A DNA stretch of 64,000 bases, from positions 5,418-69,417 of the forward strand of contig CAZXML010000004.1 in assembly GCA_964641245.1 (NCBI GenBank). The letters are read 5' to 3'. Shown in pieces: positions 7,920 through 17,933 of the stretch. Every line of letters starts with the position of its first letter. The stretch's first letter is position 1. Both the position numbers and the translations under genes were made by a program. This DNA is from an uncultured Gammaproteobacteria bacterium (GTDB taxonomy: Bacteria > Patescibacteriota > Patescibacteriia > Magasanikbacterales > GWA2-37-8). The notes under the pieces were generated by a model. It searched no databases, was not told where the DNA came from, and worked only from the letters and a program-made list of their open reading frames with translations.

Positions 7920-9830
7920 ATGAGTAAAGTTCTCGGAATCGACCTCGGTACTACAAACAGTTGCATGGCAGTTATCGAAGGCGGACAGCCAAAGGTGATG
8001 GAAAACAAAGAAGGCGCGCGCACCACTCCTTCTATTGTGGCTATTTCTAAAACCGGTGAGCGGTTGGTGGGGCAATTGGCCAAACGTCAATCCATTACCA
8101 ATTCGCAAAATACTTTGTATTCCATCAAACGTTTAATCGGCCGACGCTGGGAAGACCAAGAAGTTCAGCGCGACTTGGCTCTTTTACCGTACAAGATAGT
8201 AAAGAGCGGTGATGGAGTAAAAATAGAAATGTCCGGCAAGGAATATACTCCGCAGGAAATTTCGGCTATGATTTTGGGAAAAATGAAAGCGGATGCCGAA
8301 GAAAAATTGGGTGAAAAAATTACCGAAGCGGTTATTACCGTGCCAGCTTATTTTGATGATGCTCAACGCCAGGCCACCAAAGACGCGGGCGCGATTGCCG
8401 GATTAAATGTTTTGCGTATTATCAACGAACCTACGGCCGCGGCTTTGGCTTATGGTTTTGATAAAAAGAAAGATCAAAAAATTGCGGTGTACGATTTGGG
8501 CGGCGGGACTTTTGATATTTCTATTTTGGAAGTTAGCGCCGACACCGTGCAGGTTTTGTCCACTAACGGCGATACTCATTTGGGTGGAGATGACTTTGAT
8601 AATGTTATTATAAATTGGATTAACGAAGAGTTTAAAAGAGACAGCGGGATAGACTTAAGCAAGGATCTTTTGTCTAAACAACGCATAAAAGAGGCTGCCG
8701 AGAAGGCCAAGATAGAGTTATCCACAGCCCAGGAAACCGAAATTAACCAGCCGTTTATCACCTCCGATTCCACCGGGCCAAAACACTTAGTAATGAAATT
8801 AACGAGAGCCAAACTGGAAGAATTGGTAGGGGAGTTGGTGGACAAAACCATGGCTCCGGTGCGCAAAGCTTTGGAAGATGCCAAACTTAAGGCCGGAGAT
8901 TTAAACGAAGTGGTAATGGTTGGGGGTATGACTCGCATGCCTTTGGTTCTGCAAACAGTAGAAAAGTTTTTTGGTAAAAAACCAAATATCAGTGTTAACC
9001 CGGACGAAGTGGTGGCGGTTGGCGCGGCGGTGCAGGCAGGCGTCTTAAAAGGCGAAGTGCACGATGTACTTTTGCTGGATGTTATTCCTTTGTCTTTCGG
9101 TTTAGAAACATTAGGCGGAGTGATGACCAAGTTAATTGAACGCAACACCACGATCCCGACTTCCAAGAGCCAGGTATTTTCTACCGCGGCCGATAATCAG
9201 CCGGCTGTAGAAATTAACGTGCTTCAAGGTGAACGTCCGATGGCCACAGACAATAAAAATTTGGGCAGATTTATTCTGGACGGTATTCCACCGGCTCCGC
9301 GCGGAGTTCCGCAGGTGGAAGTTACATTTGATATAGATGCCAACGGAATTTTAAACGTCAAGGCAAAAGATAAAGCCACCAACAAAGAACAATCTATCCG
9401 CATTGAAGCAAGTACCGGTTTGTCTAAAGAAGAAGTGGAGAAAATGAAAAAAGACGCCGAGACTCATGCGGTTGAAGACAAGCAAAAACAAGAATTAATT
9501 GAAATAAAAAATATCGCCGACACCATGGCTTACACCACCGAAAAAATGATGAAGGAAGTGGAAGAGAAAAAAGTTAATGTCAGCGATGAGGAAAAAAATA
9601 AAGTAAATGAGGCGTTGAAAGCTCTCAAAGAAGTAAAAGACAAAGACGATGTGGAGGCTATTAAAAAGGCTTCGGAAGAATTATCCAAAGTTGCTCAAGT
9701 AATCGGCGCTAAGATGTACGAACAAGCAAAAGCCGCTGAAGCCAAACCTGGAGCCGAAGAACAAAAAGCCGGCGAATCTGGCGCTCCGGAAAATCCAATT
9801 GAAGGGGAAGTGGTTGATGATAAAAAATAA
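7920..9830 (+). CDS. dnaK: Molecular chaperone DnaK (Hsp70)
   Basis: [26 protein letters not shown] and [12 protein letters not shown] motifs. Full-length at 636 aa. Confidence 0.95.
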   Translation: MSKVLGIDLGTTNSCMAVIEGGQPKVMENKEGARTTPSIVAISKTGERLVGQLAKRQSITNSQNTLYSIKRLIGRRWEDQEVQRDLALLPYKIVKSGDGVKIEMSGKEYTPQEISAMILGKMKADAEEKLGEKITEAVITVPAYFDDAQRQATKDAGAIAGLNVLRIINEPTAAALAYGFDKKKDQKIAVYDLGGGTFDISILEVSADTVQVLSTNGDTHLGGDDFDNVIINWINEEFKRDSGIDLSKDLLSKQRIKEAAEKAKIELSTAQETEINQPFITSDSTGPKHLVMKLTRAKLEELVGELVDKTMAPVRKALEDAKLKAGDLNEVVMVGGMTRMPLVLQTVEKFFGKKPNISVNPDEVVAVGAAVQAGVLKGEVHDVLLLDVIPLSFGLETLGGVMTKLIERNTTIPTSKSQVFSTAADNQPAVEINVLQGERPMATDNKNLGRFILDGIPPAPRGVPQVEVTFDIDANGILNVKAKDKATNKEQSIRIEASTGLSKEEVEKMKKDAETHAVEDKQKQELIEIKNIADTMAYTTEKMMKEVEEKKVNVSDEEKNKVNEALKALKEVKDKDDVEAIKKASEELSKVAQVIGAKMYEQAKAAEAKPGAEEQKAGESGAPENPIEGEVVDDKK

Positions 9831-9853
9831 TCTTAATTATCTTAATTATATTT

Positions 9854-10285
9854 ATGTCGGAAATTGAAAATAAAGAAGCGGCCCTGCAAAATTTTAGAGC
9901 GGAAATAAAAAAGATTAAGGAAAATTTTCCGTCACTTTTTGCTGTAGAAAATGTAGACGAGCTTCAAGCGGAAGAAGGCGAAGTTTGGGAAGAATTTAAA
10001 TTGTTATTCAAAAAAATTGAGACGGAGTTGTCGAAATATGATATGCAAAATAAAGACGTTCCGGCCGGTTTAATAAACGAAATAAAAAAGATGGCCATAA
10101 CTGTTGGCGGGAATCTATCAATGATAACAAATCCTAATAGAACGGAATTTTTGGCGTGGATAAATAATCGTTTGGCGGTTTTATCTATTAATTTACAGTT
10201 TCTCAAAAACAGCAAAGCAAACGAATCAACGTTAATGAAAAGCAGGGAAAGTTTGTTGGTGGAAAAGAAAGGTTTATTATTATAA
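9854..10285 (+). CDS. Hypothetical protein (between dnaK and dnaJ)
   Basis: 143-aa ORF with no recognisable motif. Confidence 0.35.
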   Translation: MSEIENKEAALQNFRAEIKKIKENFPSLFAVENVDELQAEEGEVWEEFKLLFKKIETELSKYDMQNKDVPAGLINEIKKMAITVGGNLSMITNPNRTEFLAWINNRLAVLSINLQFLKNSKANESTLMKSRESLLVEKKGLLL

Positions 10286-10292
10286 GCAAACC

Positions 10293-11369
10293 ATGTCCAA
10301 AGACTATTACAAAATCCTTGGTATAGATAAAAACGCTTCGGCGGAGGATGTTAAAAAGGCTTTTAAAAAAGCGGCCATGCAACATCATCCGGACCGGCCG
10401 GGCGGAAATGAGGCTAAATTTAAGGAGGTAAATGAAGCTCACCAGGTTTTAAGCGATGCGGAAAAACGCAAGCGCTATGATTCATATGGTTCGGATTTTG
10501 AACAGCAGGGCGGATTTGGCGGGGGAATGAATTGGGAAGATGTGATGCGCCAGGCTCGGGGCCAGGGTGGTCAGAGTCAGGATTTTGGTTTCGATTTTGG
10601 AGACTTGGGTGATTTATTCGGAGGCGGACGAAACCGCGGTCCAGCCAGAGGCAGAGATATTCAGGTTGATGTGGAAATTGAATTTAAGGAAGCGGCTTTT
10701 GGCGTAGAAAGAGAAATGTCTTTACGCAAACAAAGCAAATGTGATGTTTGTGGCGGTACGGGCGGGGAGCCGGGTACAAAAATGGAAACCTGCGCCACCT
10801 GTAAAGGTCAGGGAAAAGTGGTGCAAATGCAGCGGACTATTTTGGGTTCCATGCAAACGGTAAACACCTGTTCTGATTGCTATGGCGCCGGGAAAAAACC
10901 CGCCAAAAAATGCAAGCATTGCGACGGCAGCGGTGTAGCCACAAAAACTTCCAGTATAAAAATAAAAATTCCGGCCGGTATTGATAACGACCAGTCCATC
11001 AGACTGGAAGGCCACGGCGAGGCGGCCCCGCACGGTGGTGGCAGCGGTGATTTGTATGTGCGCGTGCACGTTAAACCCTTAAAAGGTTTTGCCCGCTCCG
11101 GTTATGATGTTTACACGGAAAAAGAAATTAGCTATCCGCAGGCCGTGCTTGGCGATCACATCGAAGTGGAAACTCTGGATGGAGAAGTAAAATTGGTTGT
11201 TCCCGAAGGTACGGAATCCGGCCAGCAAATCCGGATAAAAGGCAGAGGCACAAAATATCTGGACCGGAATGCCCGCGGCGATCATTATGTAAAAATAAAA
11301 ATCAGAGTTCCTAAAAAACTAGACAGAGAGACAAGAAAAAAATTGGAAGAACTCAAAAAGGAACTCTAA
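10293..11369 (+). CDS. dnaJ: Molecular chaperone DnaJ
   Basis: J-domain DYYKILGIDKNAS...HPDR, a G/F-rich linker and four CxxCxGxG zinc-finger repeats. Confidence 0.9.
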   Translation: MSKDYYKILGIDKNASAEDVKKAFKKAAMQHHPDRPGGNEAKFKEVNEAHQVLSDAEKRKRYDSYGSDFEQQGGFGGGMNWEDVMRQARGQGGQSQDFGFDFGDLGDLFGGGRNRGPARGRDIQVDVEIEFKEAAFGVEREMSLRKQSKCDVCGGTGGEPGTKMETCATCKGQGKVVQMQRTILGSMQTVNTCSDCYGAGKKPAKKCKHCDGSGVATKTSSIKIKIPAGIDNDQSIRLEGHGEAAPHGGGSGDLYVRVHVKPLKGFARSGYDVYTEKEISYPQAVLGDHIEVETLDGEVKLVVPEGTESGQQIRIKGRGTKYLDRNARGDHYVKIKIRVPKKLDRETRKKLEELKKEL

Positions 11370-11383
11370 CTCACAGTTATTGT

Positions 11384-11893
11384 ATGTTGGATAAAATACG
11401 GCTCAAAAAAGAATTTGAAAAATTTTATAATACCCACATAGACAAAGTTTATCGCTTTGTATTTTTTCGCACCGGAGGGAATAAAGACTTGGCTCAGGAT
11501 TTGGTATCGGAAATATTTATCAAAGCTCTGGAACATTTTGCCGATTACGACCAGAAAAAAAGCAATTCCGCCTGGATTTTCACCATCGCAAAAAACCACC
11601 TGGCTAACTACTGGAGGGACAAAAAACCGGTTGGCTCGCTCCCCGAAGATGAGGAAGAGGCGAATGATGATTTTTGGCTAAAGTCAGCGGTAAATTCCTT
11701 TAAAAAGGAGGCAACCAAGAGGCAGGTCACCGATATCCTGGAAAAGCTTGATGAGAGTAGCCGGGAAATTGTAACTTTTCACTACATTTTAGGGTATAAC
11801 TACGCAGAGATAGCGGCTATGAAAAACATGTCCGAAACGGCCGTAAAAGTTGCCGCCCACCGGGCGATTAAAAAACTATCCGCACACATCTAA
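11384..11893 (+). CDS. ECF-type RNA polymerase sigma factor (sigma-70 family)
   Basis: Region 2 (YRFVFFRTGGNKDLAQDLVSEIF) and region 4 HTH (YNYAEIAAMKNMSETAVKVAAHRAIKKL). Confidence 0.75.
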   Translation: MLDKIRLKKEFEKFYNTHIDKVYRFVFFRTGGNKDLAQDLVSEIFIKALEHFADYDQKKSNSAWIFTIAKNHLANYWRDKKPVGSLPEDEEEANDDFWLKSAVNSFKKEATKRQVTDILEKLDESSREIVTFHYILGYNYAEIAAMKNMSETAVKVAAHRAIKKLSAHI

Positions 11894-11894
11894 T

Positions 11895-12506
11895 ATGTCC
11901 TTAAAGACCAGATACAATTTATTTAAAGCCAAGAGAAGCCTGTCACCGGACAGTCATTTTAAGGCTAAATTGCAGAAACAATTAAGCGCTGTTTGGGACA
12001 ATACTTACAATACTAAATATGTCTGGTATCAAACAGTATTCTTCAAGCATGCTACCGGTTTTGCTACTATGGTTTTAATGGCCGGAAGTTTGGGAACTGG
12101 CGCTTATGCTTATACGAGTCCGGAAGTCACCGAAGGTTCGGTTTTATACCCGATCAAAGAGAAATTGGAAAGCATTGAGGAGATAGCGCAAATTACTCCG
12201 GAAGCAAAGGCAAAGTTTTATTTAAAAAAAATTGAACGCCGTGAGGAAGAAAAAGTTGTTCTTAAGAAAAAAAATGTTGAGTTGAAAAAAATAGAAAAAG
12301 TTGAGCAATTAATAGAGAAGACCGAAGATAAACTGGATCAGACAGATAAAATTATTGAAAAAACTACCCACGATGTTAAATTACGCGAACAGGTTAGAGA
12401 GCGTCTTGAAGTAAGGTTTGAGAAAAGACGAGAAAAATTAGAGAAACAACAGGAAAGATTGAAAAAAATAGAATCTTCTAGGTTTGATCGTCCAGAGTCC
12501 GATTAA
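11895..12506 (+). CDS. Putative anti-sigma factor / membrane protein with K/E-rich C-terminal coiled coil
   Basis: ATG lies immediately after the sigma-factor stop codon. One transmembrane helix (ATGFATMVLMAGSLGTGAYAY). The track start at 11850 overlaps the sigma gene and is probably spurious. Confidence 0.4.
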   Translation: MSLKTRYNLFKAKRSLSPDSHFKAKLQKQLSAVWDNTYNTKYVWYQTVFFKHATGFATMVLMAGSLGTGAYAYTSPEVTEGSVLYPIKEKLESIEEIAQITPEAKAKFYLKKIERREEEKVVLKKKNVELKKIEKVEQLIEKTEDKLDQTDKIIEKTTHDVKLREQVRERLEVRFEKRREKLEKQQERLKKIESSRFDRPESD

Positions 12507-12879
12507 CCCACCAGTCGGCTTCTTTGTTTCCCTCGCGCAGAATATGCCGGTAGGTTACTTTCTTAAAAGTGGTTGCCAAATTGTATGTTTGGATAAATAA
12601 TTTTTGCAAATTCGGTTCTTTTACTTTGTATTGCCGGTTCATTTGTTTTGTCACCAGTTCGCTGTCTAAAACACATTCCACTTCCGTTGCCCCCAATTCT
12701 TTGGCTTTTTTTAAACCGGAAATCAGGGCCGAATATTCGGCGTAGTTATTTGTTTGCTTGCCCAGGTACTCGCCATAACCGGCCAGTTTTTTTCCGGCCG
12801 CGTCTTTTATAATAACGCCGGCCGCGGCCGGACCCGGATTTCCGCGCGCTCCGCCGTCGGTAAAGATAATTACTTTCAT
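12478..12879 (-). CDS. rnhA: Ribonuclease HI
   Basis: MKVIIFTDGGARGNPGPAAAGVII and downstream RNase H motifs. The track start at 12894 (MTNKL) uses an ATG inside a family A repeat terminus. The likely real start is the Met at 12879. Confidence 0.8.
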   Translation of the reverse strand: MKVIIFTDGGARGNPGPAAAGVIIKDAAGKKLAGYGEYLGKQTNNYAEYSALISGLKKAKELGATEVECVLDSELVTKQMNRQYKVKEPNLQKLFIQTYNLATTFKKVTYRHILREGNKEADWWVNRTLDDQT

Positions 12880-12888
12880 AAGTTTATT

Positions 12889-12965
12889 TGTCATCCTGAA
12901 CTTGTTTCAGGATCTAGGTATTTAAAATAGTTATCAAGAGATCCTGAAACATGTTCAGGATGACA
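12889..12965. repeat. Family A palindromic element (hairpin pair with 28-bp spacer)
   Basis: TGTCATCCTGAACTTGTTTCAGGATC ... GATCCTGAAACATGTTCAGGATGACA. Confidence 0.8.
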
Positions 12966-14333
12966 TTAGTAGGACAATTTCCAAATTCCTTCTTTATTTT
13001 TATCTTGATTGATATAGTACAAGATTTTATTTTCGGTGTCAGTGGAAGGATTTATTATTTTTTCATTAATAAAATCGTGGCTTACCAAATAATAGGGGAA
13101 CAGCACCGTGGTTTTGTTTGCCCATCCCAGCGCCAGCGTATTATATTTATCTATCGGCATAACCGCCTGCAAATGTTCTCCGGAGCGATTTAAGAGATAT
13201 GGATCTTCGCCTTCGCTGTATGTCCACACTTCCCACTGCGACCACATTAACCACCAATTATTATATTTAGAAATAAGAAATTTATCCGCGGATATTTTGA
13301 ATTTATTGGAATTAGTAAGAAGGATCATTTCCGAGCCATTAAGATTTTTTAACAAAACCGTATTTTGATGCGCGGCCAGAATTTGCAAATTCTCCGTTTC
13401 TGTTTGGCCGGTAGCCAAATTTATATCCACGGCATCCAGACGGTTAAGAACGGAGTTAAAACCCAGAGTGTCTTTGGTAATTTTGAATTGTTTTGTGGAG
13501 GTTTCCGCCTGCATGGTCCACAACTGGCCGTTTTCCATATACCAATCTATATAGATGTTCTTGGTTATGATTTGAGACTTGGCGGTGGCTGGAGAATATA
13601 AAAAAATGTTTTCCTTGGTGCTGAAATATAGTTGCGGGTCGGCTGTGTTTGCCCATTCAATTTTTTTGATGGGCGCATTATTTTTAACAAGGTCTGTTTG
13701 TTTTGACGGATTTTCCGCGTTAATAATTAAAAGCTTGGAGTAGGGAAAAGCGGCATCTCCGATTAGCGCATAATTATTTTTTTCAGCCCAACGGATGGCG
13801 ATTGGTTCGGCGCTGTTTAAACGGAATATGATGGAAGATTTTCCGGTATTATTGTCCCGCAACCAAACATCGGAAGCGGTCTTATTTTGGATAGTATATA
13901 TTATAAATCTGCCGTCAAAAGAAACGGCGTATCCGGTTATTTTTTCATTGATAAAAATTTCCGGTTTATTTTTTTTAATGAGGCTTAGTTCTTTTGTATA
14001 GTTGGTTTGTTTATTTTTTACTTCAATTTCCTTTAGCCAGTCGTAATACCCGGGCATAGTAATGCGCAAACTGTATTTGGCGGGGGCGATGTTATTTAAA
14101 CGAATAGGCATTTTATCCTCTAGTTTTATGCCGTTTAAATACACAACGGCATCGGCCGGTTCAACATCTATGCTAATGGCGCCTGTTTCCTTCAGCAAAC
14201 CACTCTGCCAATCATAACGGTAGCCGGCCGTATAAAGTATGATAATTGGTGAAATTACAAAAAAAGCGGCTAAAAAAACAATTAGCATTATTAGACGTAC
14301 TAAGTGGGTAAATTTTGTTCCGGGATATTCCAT
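12966..14333 (-). CDS. PEGA-domain membrane-anchored protein with probable beta-propeller C-terminal region
   Basis: N-terminal transmembrane helix. PEGA-like segment AISIDVEPADAVVYLNGIKLEDKMPIRLNNIAPAKYSLRITMPGYYDW. Confidence 0.5.
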   Translation of the reverse strand: MEYPGTKFTHLVRLIMLIVFLAAFFVISPIIILYTAGYRYDWQSGLLKETGAISIDVEPADAVVYLNGIKLEDKMPIRLNNIAPAKYSLRITMPGYYDWLKEIEVKNKQTNYTKELSLIKKNKPEIFINEKITGYAVSFDGRFIIYTIQNKTASDVWLRDNNTGKSSIIFRLNSAEPIAIRWAEKNNYALIGDAAFPYSKLLIINAENPSKQTDLVKNNAPIKKIEWANTADPQLYFSTKENIFLYSPATAKSQIITKNIYIDWYMENGQLWTMQAETSTKQFKITKDTLGFNSVLNRLDAVDINLATGQTETENLQILAAHQNTVLLKNLNGSEMILLTNSNKFKISADKFLISKYNNWWLMWSQWEVWTYSEGEDPYLLNRSGEHLQAVMPIDKYNTLALGWANKTTVLFPYYLVSHDFINEKIINPSTDTENKILYYINQDKNKEGIWKLSY

Positions 14334-14410
14334 CTTGCAAATTATGCTAAATTTTAGTATACTTATATTAGTCTAAAATAGCAGTGAAGTCAAAGGCTAA
14401 ATCGAGGATT

Positions 14411-14468
14411 GGCAATTAACAATTAACAAAAAGCAATCGATTGTTAATTGTTAATTGTTAATTGTTTT
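14411..14468. repeat. Family D palindrome (CAATTAACAATTAACAA-N-TTGTTAATTGTTAATTG) upstream of murA
   Basis: Inverted repeat ending 17 bp before the murA ATG. Relatives at 24026-24095 and 43594-43668. Confidence 0.75.
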
Positions 14469-14484
14469 TTGTTAGTTATATTGT

Positions 14485-15789
14485 ATGTCCTATTTAGTTG
14501 TAAATGGAGGTAGAAAACTCAACGGAGAAATCGTTAATCAGTCTTCCAAAAATTCGGCCGAAGCCTTGCTTTGCGCCTCTTTAATGATAAAAGGGCCGGT
14601 TACTTTAACCGACGTGCCTCAAATTGAGGGTGTAAACAGAATTCTGGAGTTACTATCCAGTATTGGTGTAAAAATTGATCGTTCGGGAACAACGGTTCAT
14701 TTGGATGCGTCTGGAGAATTAAATTTAGATAAAATGGATCAGCATGCGGCTGAAGTCACCCGTACCTCTTTATTGCTTTTGGGAGCATTGGCGGCCCGGG
14801 AAAAAAAATACTTGCTTTACAAGTCCGGCGGCTGTCATTTAGGAGAGCGCACTGTTCGTCCGCACTTGTACGCGTTGCAAAAATTAGGAGTAAGTGTTGT
14901 TTCCAAGGATTGTTATTATGAAGTAAAAAATAGTCAGCCTCTTCACGCATCGCATGTTATTTTATATGAGTCTGGTGATACTACCACTGAAAATGTAATT
15001 ATGGCCGCAGTTTTGGCGCCTGGCGTCACCACTTTAAAAATGGCTTCGGCAAATTATCAGGTTCAGGATCTTTGTTATTTTTTAAATAGCGTTGGGGCAA
15101 ATATTGTCGGTATTGGCAACACCACTCTAACTATTACCGGTGTAGCAAAACTGAAGGCATCGGCAGAATATCCAATTATGCCGGATCCGATAGTGGCCAT
15201 GACATATATTTCTGTAGCTATCACTACTGCCTCAAATTTAACAATTAAAAATTGTCCGCTAGAATTTTTGGAACTGGAATTATATAAACTGGAAATAATG
15301 GGGCAGAAGTTTGTGGTTAAAAACGAAAGACTTTCCAAAAACGGGAAATTTCAAATCGTGGATGTGGAAATTATCCCAAGTAAATTAACAGCATTGCCCG
15401 ATAAAATTTACGGGCGTCCGTTTCCCGGATTGAACATAGACAATTTGCCTTTATTTATTCCGCTTTTAACGCAGGCGCGCGGCCGCACCATGGTTCATGA
15501 TTGGGCTTACGAAAACCGGGCCACTTATAGTTTGGAATTGCAAAAGCTCGGGGCAAAAATTACTTTGCTGGATCCGCATCGTATTTGGGTGGAAGGGCCG
15601 ACAGAACTTACGTCGGCGGAAATCACCTGTCCGCCCGCGCTTCGGCCCGCAGTCAATATATTAATCGCCATGCTGTCCGCCAAAGGCAAATCAGTTTTGC
15701 GAGACACCAATGTTATAGATCGCGGCTATGAAAACCTGTATGATACCCTTAACAAAGTCGGAGCAGATATTAAAGAAGTAAGCGAATAA
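14485..15789 (+). CDS. murA: UDP-N-acetylglucosamine 1-carboxyvinyltransferase
   Basis: EPT-family pattern over 434 aa. Active-site Cys context GGCHLGERTVRPH. Confidence 0.8.
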   Translation: MSYLVVNGGRKLNGEIVNQSSKNSAEALLCASLMIKGPVTLTDVPQIEGVNRILELLSSIGVKIDRSGTTVHLDASGELNLDKMDQHAAEVTRTSLLLLGALAAREKKYLLYKSGGCHLGERTVRPHLYALQKLGVSVVSKDCYYEVKNSQPLHASHVILYESGDTTTENVIMAAVLAPGVTTLKMASANYQVQDLCYFLNSVGANIVGIGNTTLTITGVAKLKASAEYPIMPDPIVAMTYISVAITTASNLTIKNCPLEFLELELYKLEIMGQKFVVKNERLSKNGKFQIVDVEIIPSKLTALPDKIYGRPFPGLNIDNLPLFIPLLTQARGRTMVHDWAYENRATYSLELQKLGAKITLLDPHRIWVEGPTELTSAEITCPPALRPAVNILIAMLSAKGKSVLRDTNVIDRGYENLYDTLNKVGADIKEVSE

Positions 15790-15820
15790 TTATTTAATTG
15801 TCATCCTGAACATTTTAACT

Positions 15821-15899
15821 ATAGGGGCTAAAGCCCATATATTCTCATTAACTCGAAAATATTTTAGCAAGCTAAATATTTTACTCATTCATTTCGAAT
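15821..15899 (+). promoter_or_regulatory. Repeated ~80-bp leader module ending ...CAAGCTAAATATTTTACTCATTCATTTCGAAT-ATG
   Basis: Near-identical module at 26116-26192. The 3' portion also occurs at 46020-46066 and 53989-54020, each ending at a start codon. It contains a TAAATAT -10-like box and no Shine-Dalgarno sequence. Confidence 0.5.
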
Positions 15900-17159
15900 A
15901 TGGATATGTCGCCTATAAAACTTAGAGCAAAAAAATACGCGGGAGTTTATTTATCGGTAATACTTTTTATCGTATCTTTTGGCATGGGCATGATGGTGGA
16001 AAAAACATGGAATGTAAAAAAACAAAATGCTAATGATAACGAAGCTCTGCGGTTGGAGAAGCTTATGGCTTCTAACCGTGAAACCAACCATTCAGATTTG
16101 GACTTCTCGCAGTTTTGGGATGTTTGGGACAAGGTAAAGTCCAAGTATGTAAAAGAACCTGCAAAAGACAAGGAAATGTTTTATGGAGCAATTCAAGGCA
16201 TGGTGGCTTCTTTAGGAGATCCATATTCACTGTATTTTCCTCCCGCCGCCGCCGATGAGTTTGCTAAGGATTTATCTGGGGAATTGGAAGGTATCGGCGC
16301 CGAGATAGGCGTAAAAAATAATCAATTGCTTGTAGTTTCACCGCTACCGAATTCTCCAGCCGAAAAAGCAGGATTAAGGCCCGGAGATAGGATTTTGGAT
16401 ATTGATAACACGAGCACATTTGGCATGGATGTTAGTACGGCTGTCAGTAAAATCAGAGGTCCGGCCAATACAAAAGTAGTGCTTACCATCACCAGAGACG
16501 GTTTAACCAAGGCTATGGAAGTGACTATTACCAGATTAAAAATAAACGTTCCCTCGATATTATTTTCGATAAAACCCGGCAATATTGCCTATCTAAGAAT
16601 AATGCAATTTAACGGCGATACTACCGATCAGCTTAATAAATATATAAAACAAATTCAAACCAGGGGCAGTAAAGGTATTGTTTTGGATATGAGAAACAAC
16701 CCCGGAGGTTATTTGAGCGCGGCTATAGATATGGCCAGCGAGTGGGTAACCAGCGGTGCGGTGGTAAGTGAAAAAGGCAGGGACGGTCAAGGTAATGATC
16801 ACCTTACTCAAGGCACCCACCGTTTGTCAGGAATCAAAACCATAGCATTGGTAAATAAGGGTTCGGCTTCGGCGTCAGAAATTGTGGCCGGCGCTTTGCA
16901 GGATACCAAACATGTGATTTTAATCGGCGAGCAAACTTACGGCAAAGGTTCAGTGCAGGATTTTGAAACTTTTCCTGATGGTTCGGCGCTCAAGTTAACC
17001 GTAGCCGAATGGTTCACGCCGAACGGAAAAAATATAAATAAAGAGGGGATTAAGCCCGATATAGAAATAAAACAAGACTGGGAGAAAGAAAAAATAGGTG
17101 AAGATGTTGTTTTAAGCAAAGCTTTGGAATTAATGGCTTCAAGCACTTTCAAATGGTAA
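15900..17159 (+). CDS. ctpA: S41 family C-terminal processing peptidase with PDZ domain
   Basis: N-terminal transmembrane helix, a PDZ region (GDRILDIDN) and catalytic-region GSASASEIVAGAL...KGSVQ. Confidence 0.8.
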   Translation: MDMSPIKLRAKKYAGVYLSVILFIVSFGMGMMVEKTWNVKKQNANDNEALRLEKLMASNRETNHSDLDFSQFWDVWDKVKSKYVKEPAKDKEMFYGAIQGMVASLGDPYSLYFPPAAADEFAKDLSGELEGIGAEIGVKNNQLLVVSPLPNSPAEKAGLRPGDRILDIDNTSTFGMDVSTAVSKIRGPANTKVVLTITRDGLTKAMEVTITRLKINVPSILFSIKPGNIAYLRIMQFNGDTTDQLNKYIKQIQTRGSKGIVLDMRNNPGGYLSAAIDMASEWVTSGAVVSEKGRDGQGNDHLTQGTHRLSGIKTIALVNKGSASASEIVAGALQDTKHVILIGEQTYGKGSVQDFETFPDGSALKLTVAEWFTPNGKNINKEGIKPDIEIKQDWEKEKIGEDVVLSKALELMASSTFKW

Positions 17160-17167
17160 TGTAAAAT

Positions 17168-17230
17168 ACTAAGGTATTTTCTAGGCACACTCGGAAATGA
17201 AAACGAATTTTCATTTCTCTCGCTTTGCCC
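17168..17230. repeat. Family C hairpin repeat immediately after stop codon (ACTAAGGTATTTT..GGCACACTCGGAAATGAAAACGAATTTTCATTTCTCTCGCTTTGCCC)
   Basis: Near-identical 64-bp copy at 20985-21048 after pyrG. Internal inverted repeat GAAATGAAAAC/GTTTTCATTTC. Confidence 0.8.
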
Positions 17231-17241
17231 GAAGATAAAAT

Positions 17242-17273
17242 CACCCCAGTCGCTTTTATGGCTGACTGGGGTG
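17242..17273 (-). terminator. Rho-independent terminator for minus-strand ORF 17293-17838
   Basis: CACCCCAGTC...GACTGGGGTG 10-bp stem with a T-run on the minus strand. Confidence 0.6.
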
Positions 17274-17292
17274 TGTTGCGTCCGGACAGTTT

Positions 17293-17838
17293 TCACTTCC
17301 GGTTTTTTTTCTCTTTCAAAGAATTCACATAAGCGGCGAGTTCGGCCAAGCACTTTGCGCTTGCCTGGGTGGGAATGCCGCCGAGGCGTAGGCCATTGTG
17401 AGCCTTATCAAGCTCCTTTTGCGCGGCCTGCAAGTTATCTTCGCCAGCTTTTTGCACTCGGCGAATCCAGTATTTATCATAGTCTAAATCGAAGAGGATT
17501 TCACGGATTTTAACATCCGTGCCCATTCCTTCATAAATACGAATTATTTGTTCTACCTCTTTCGCCTCAAAACTGGACTTGTTGATCACCAATTTGTGTT
17601 CTAACCACACGTCTTGTGGCAAACTGAGCAAAGCGCGTAAGAATTTATCCCAGAGATCAGTGTCCCGAAAGATGGTTATCATGCGCCAAAGATCATCTTT
17701 GGTCGCATCGGTAAGAAGCCGACCCAAAAATGGAGGGTCTTTTTTAACCAAATCATGGACGTATAGCCTGCCCCCGTCAAGATATATCGTTACCCGCAGT
17801 CTGGTTTTTTTCACTTCTTTTTTCATGGGCTCTCCCAT
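17293..17838 (-). CDS. Hypothetical protein (GC-elevated, terminator-flanked)
   Basis: 181 aa with no recognisable motif. Composition is noticeably GC-richer than the neighbours. Confidence 0.4.
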   Translation of the reverse strand: MGEPMKKEVKKTRLRVTIYLDGGRLYVHDLVKKDPPFLGRLLTDATKDDLWRMITIFRDTDLWDKFLRALLSLPQDVWLEHKLVINKSSFEAKEVEQIIRIYEGMGTDVKIREILFDLDYDKYWIRRVQKAGEDNLQAAQKELDKAHNGLRLGGIPTQASAKCLAELAAYVNSLKEKKNRK

Positions 17839-17901
17839 CGGTTTGGTTGTGAAAAAGCAGACAACACTAAATTAACCTTATCATAAGGTTAAAAAATGTC
17901 A

Positions 17902-17928
17902 ACCCCGCCCTTCGCGAAGGGCGGGGTC
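17902..17928 (-). terminator. Rho-independent terminator after era
   Basis: ACCCCGCCC TTCGCGAA GGGCGGGGT hairpin with a T-run on the minus strand. Confidence 0.7.
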
Positions 17929-17933
17929 AATCC

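Noticed and set aside
8576-9166. 196-aa minus-strand ORF and other antisense or alternate-frame ORFs in the track (for example 42140-42454, 10722-11069, 22591-22806, 50018-50768)
   Set aside because: They lie entirely within well-supported genes (dnaK, the DEAD-box helicase, dnaJ, S8 protease, giant adhesin). They have low-complexity or frame-shadow composition, so they are spurious.
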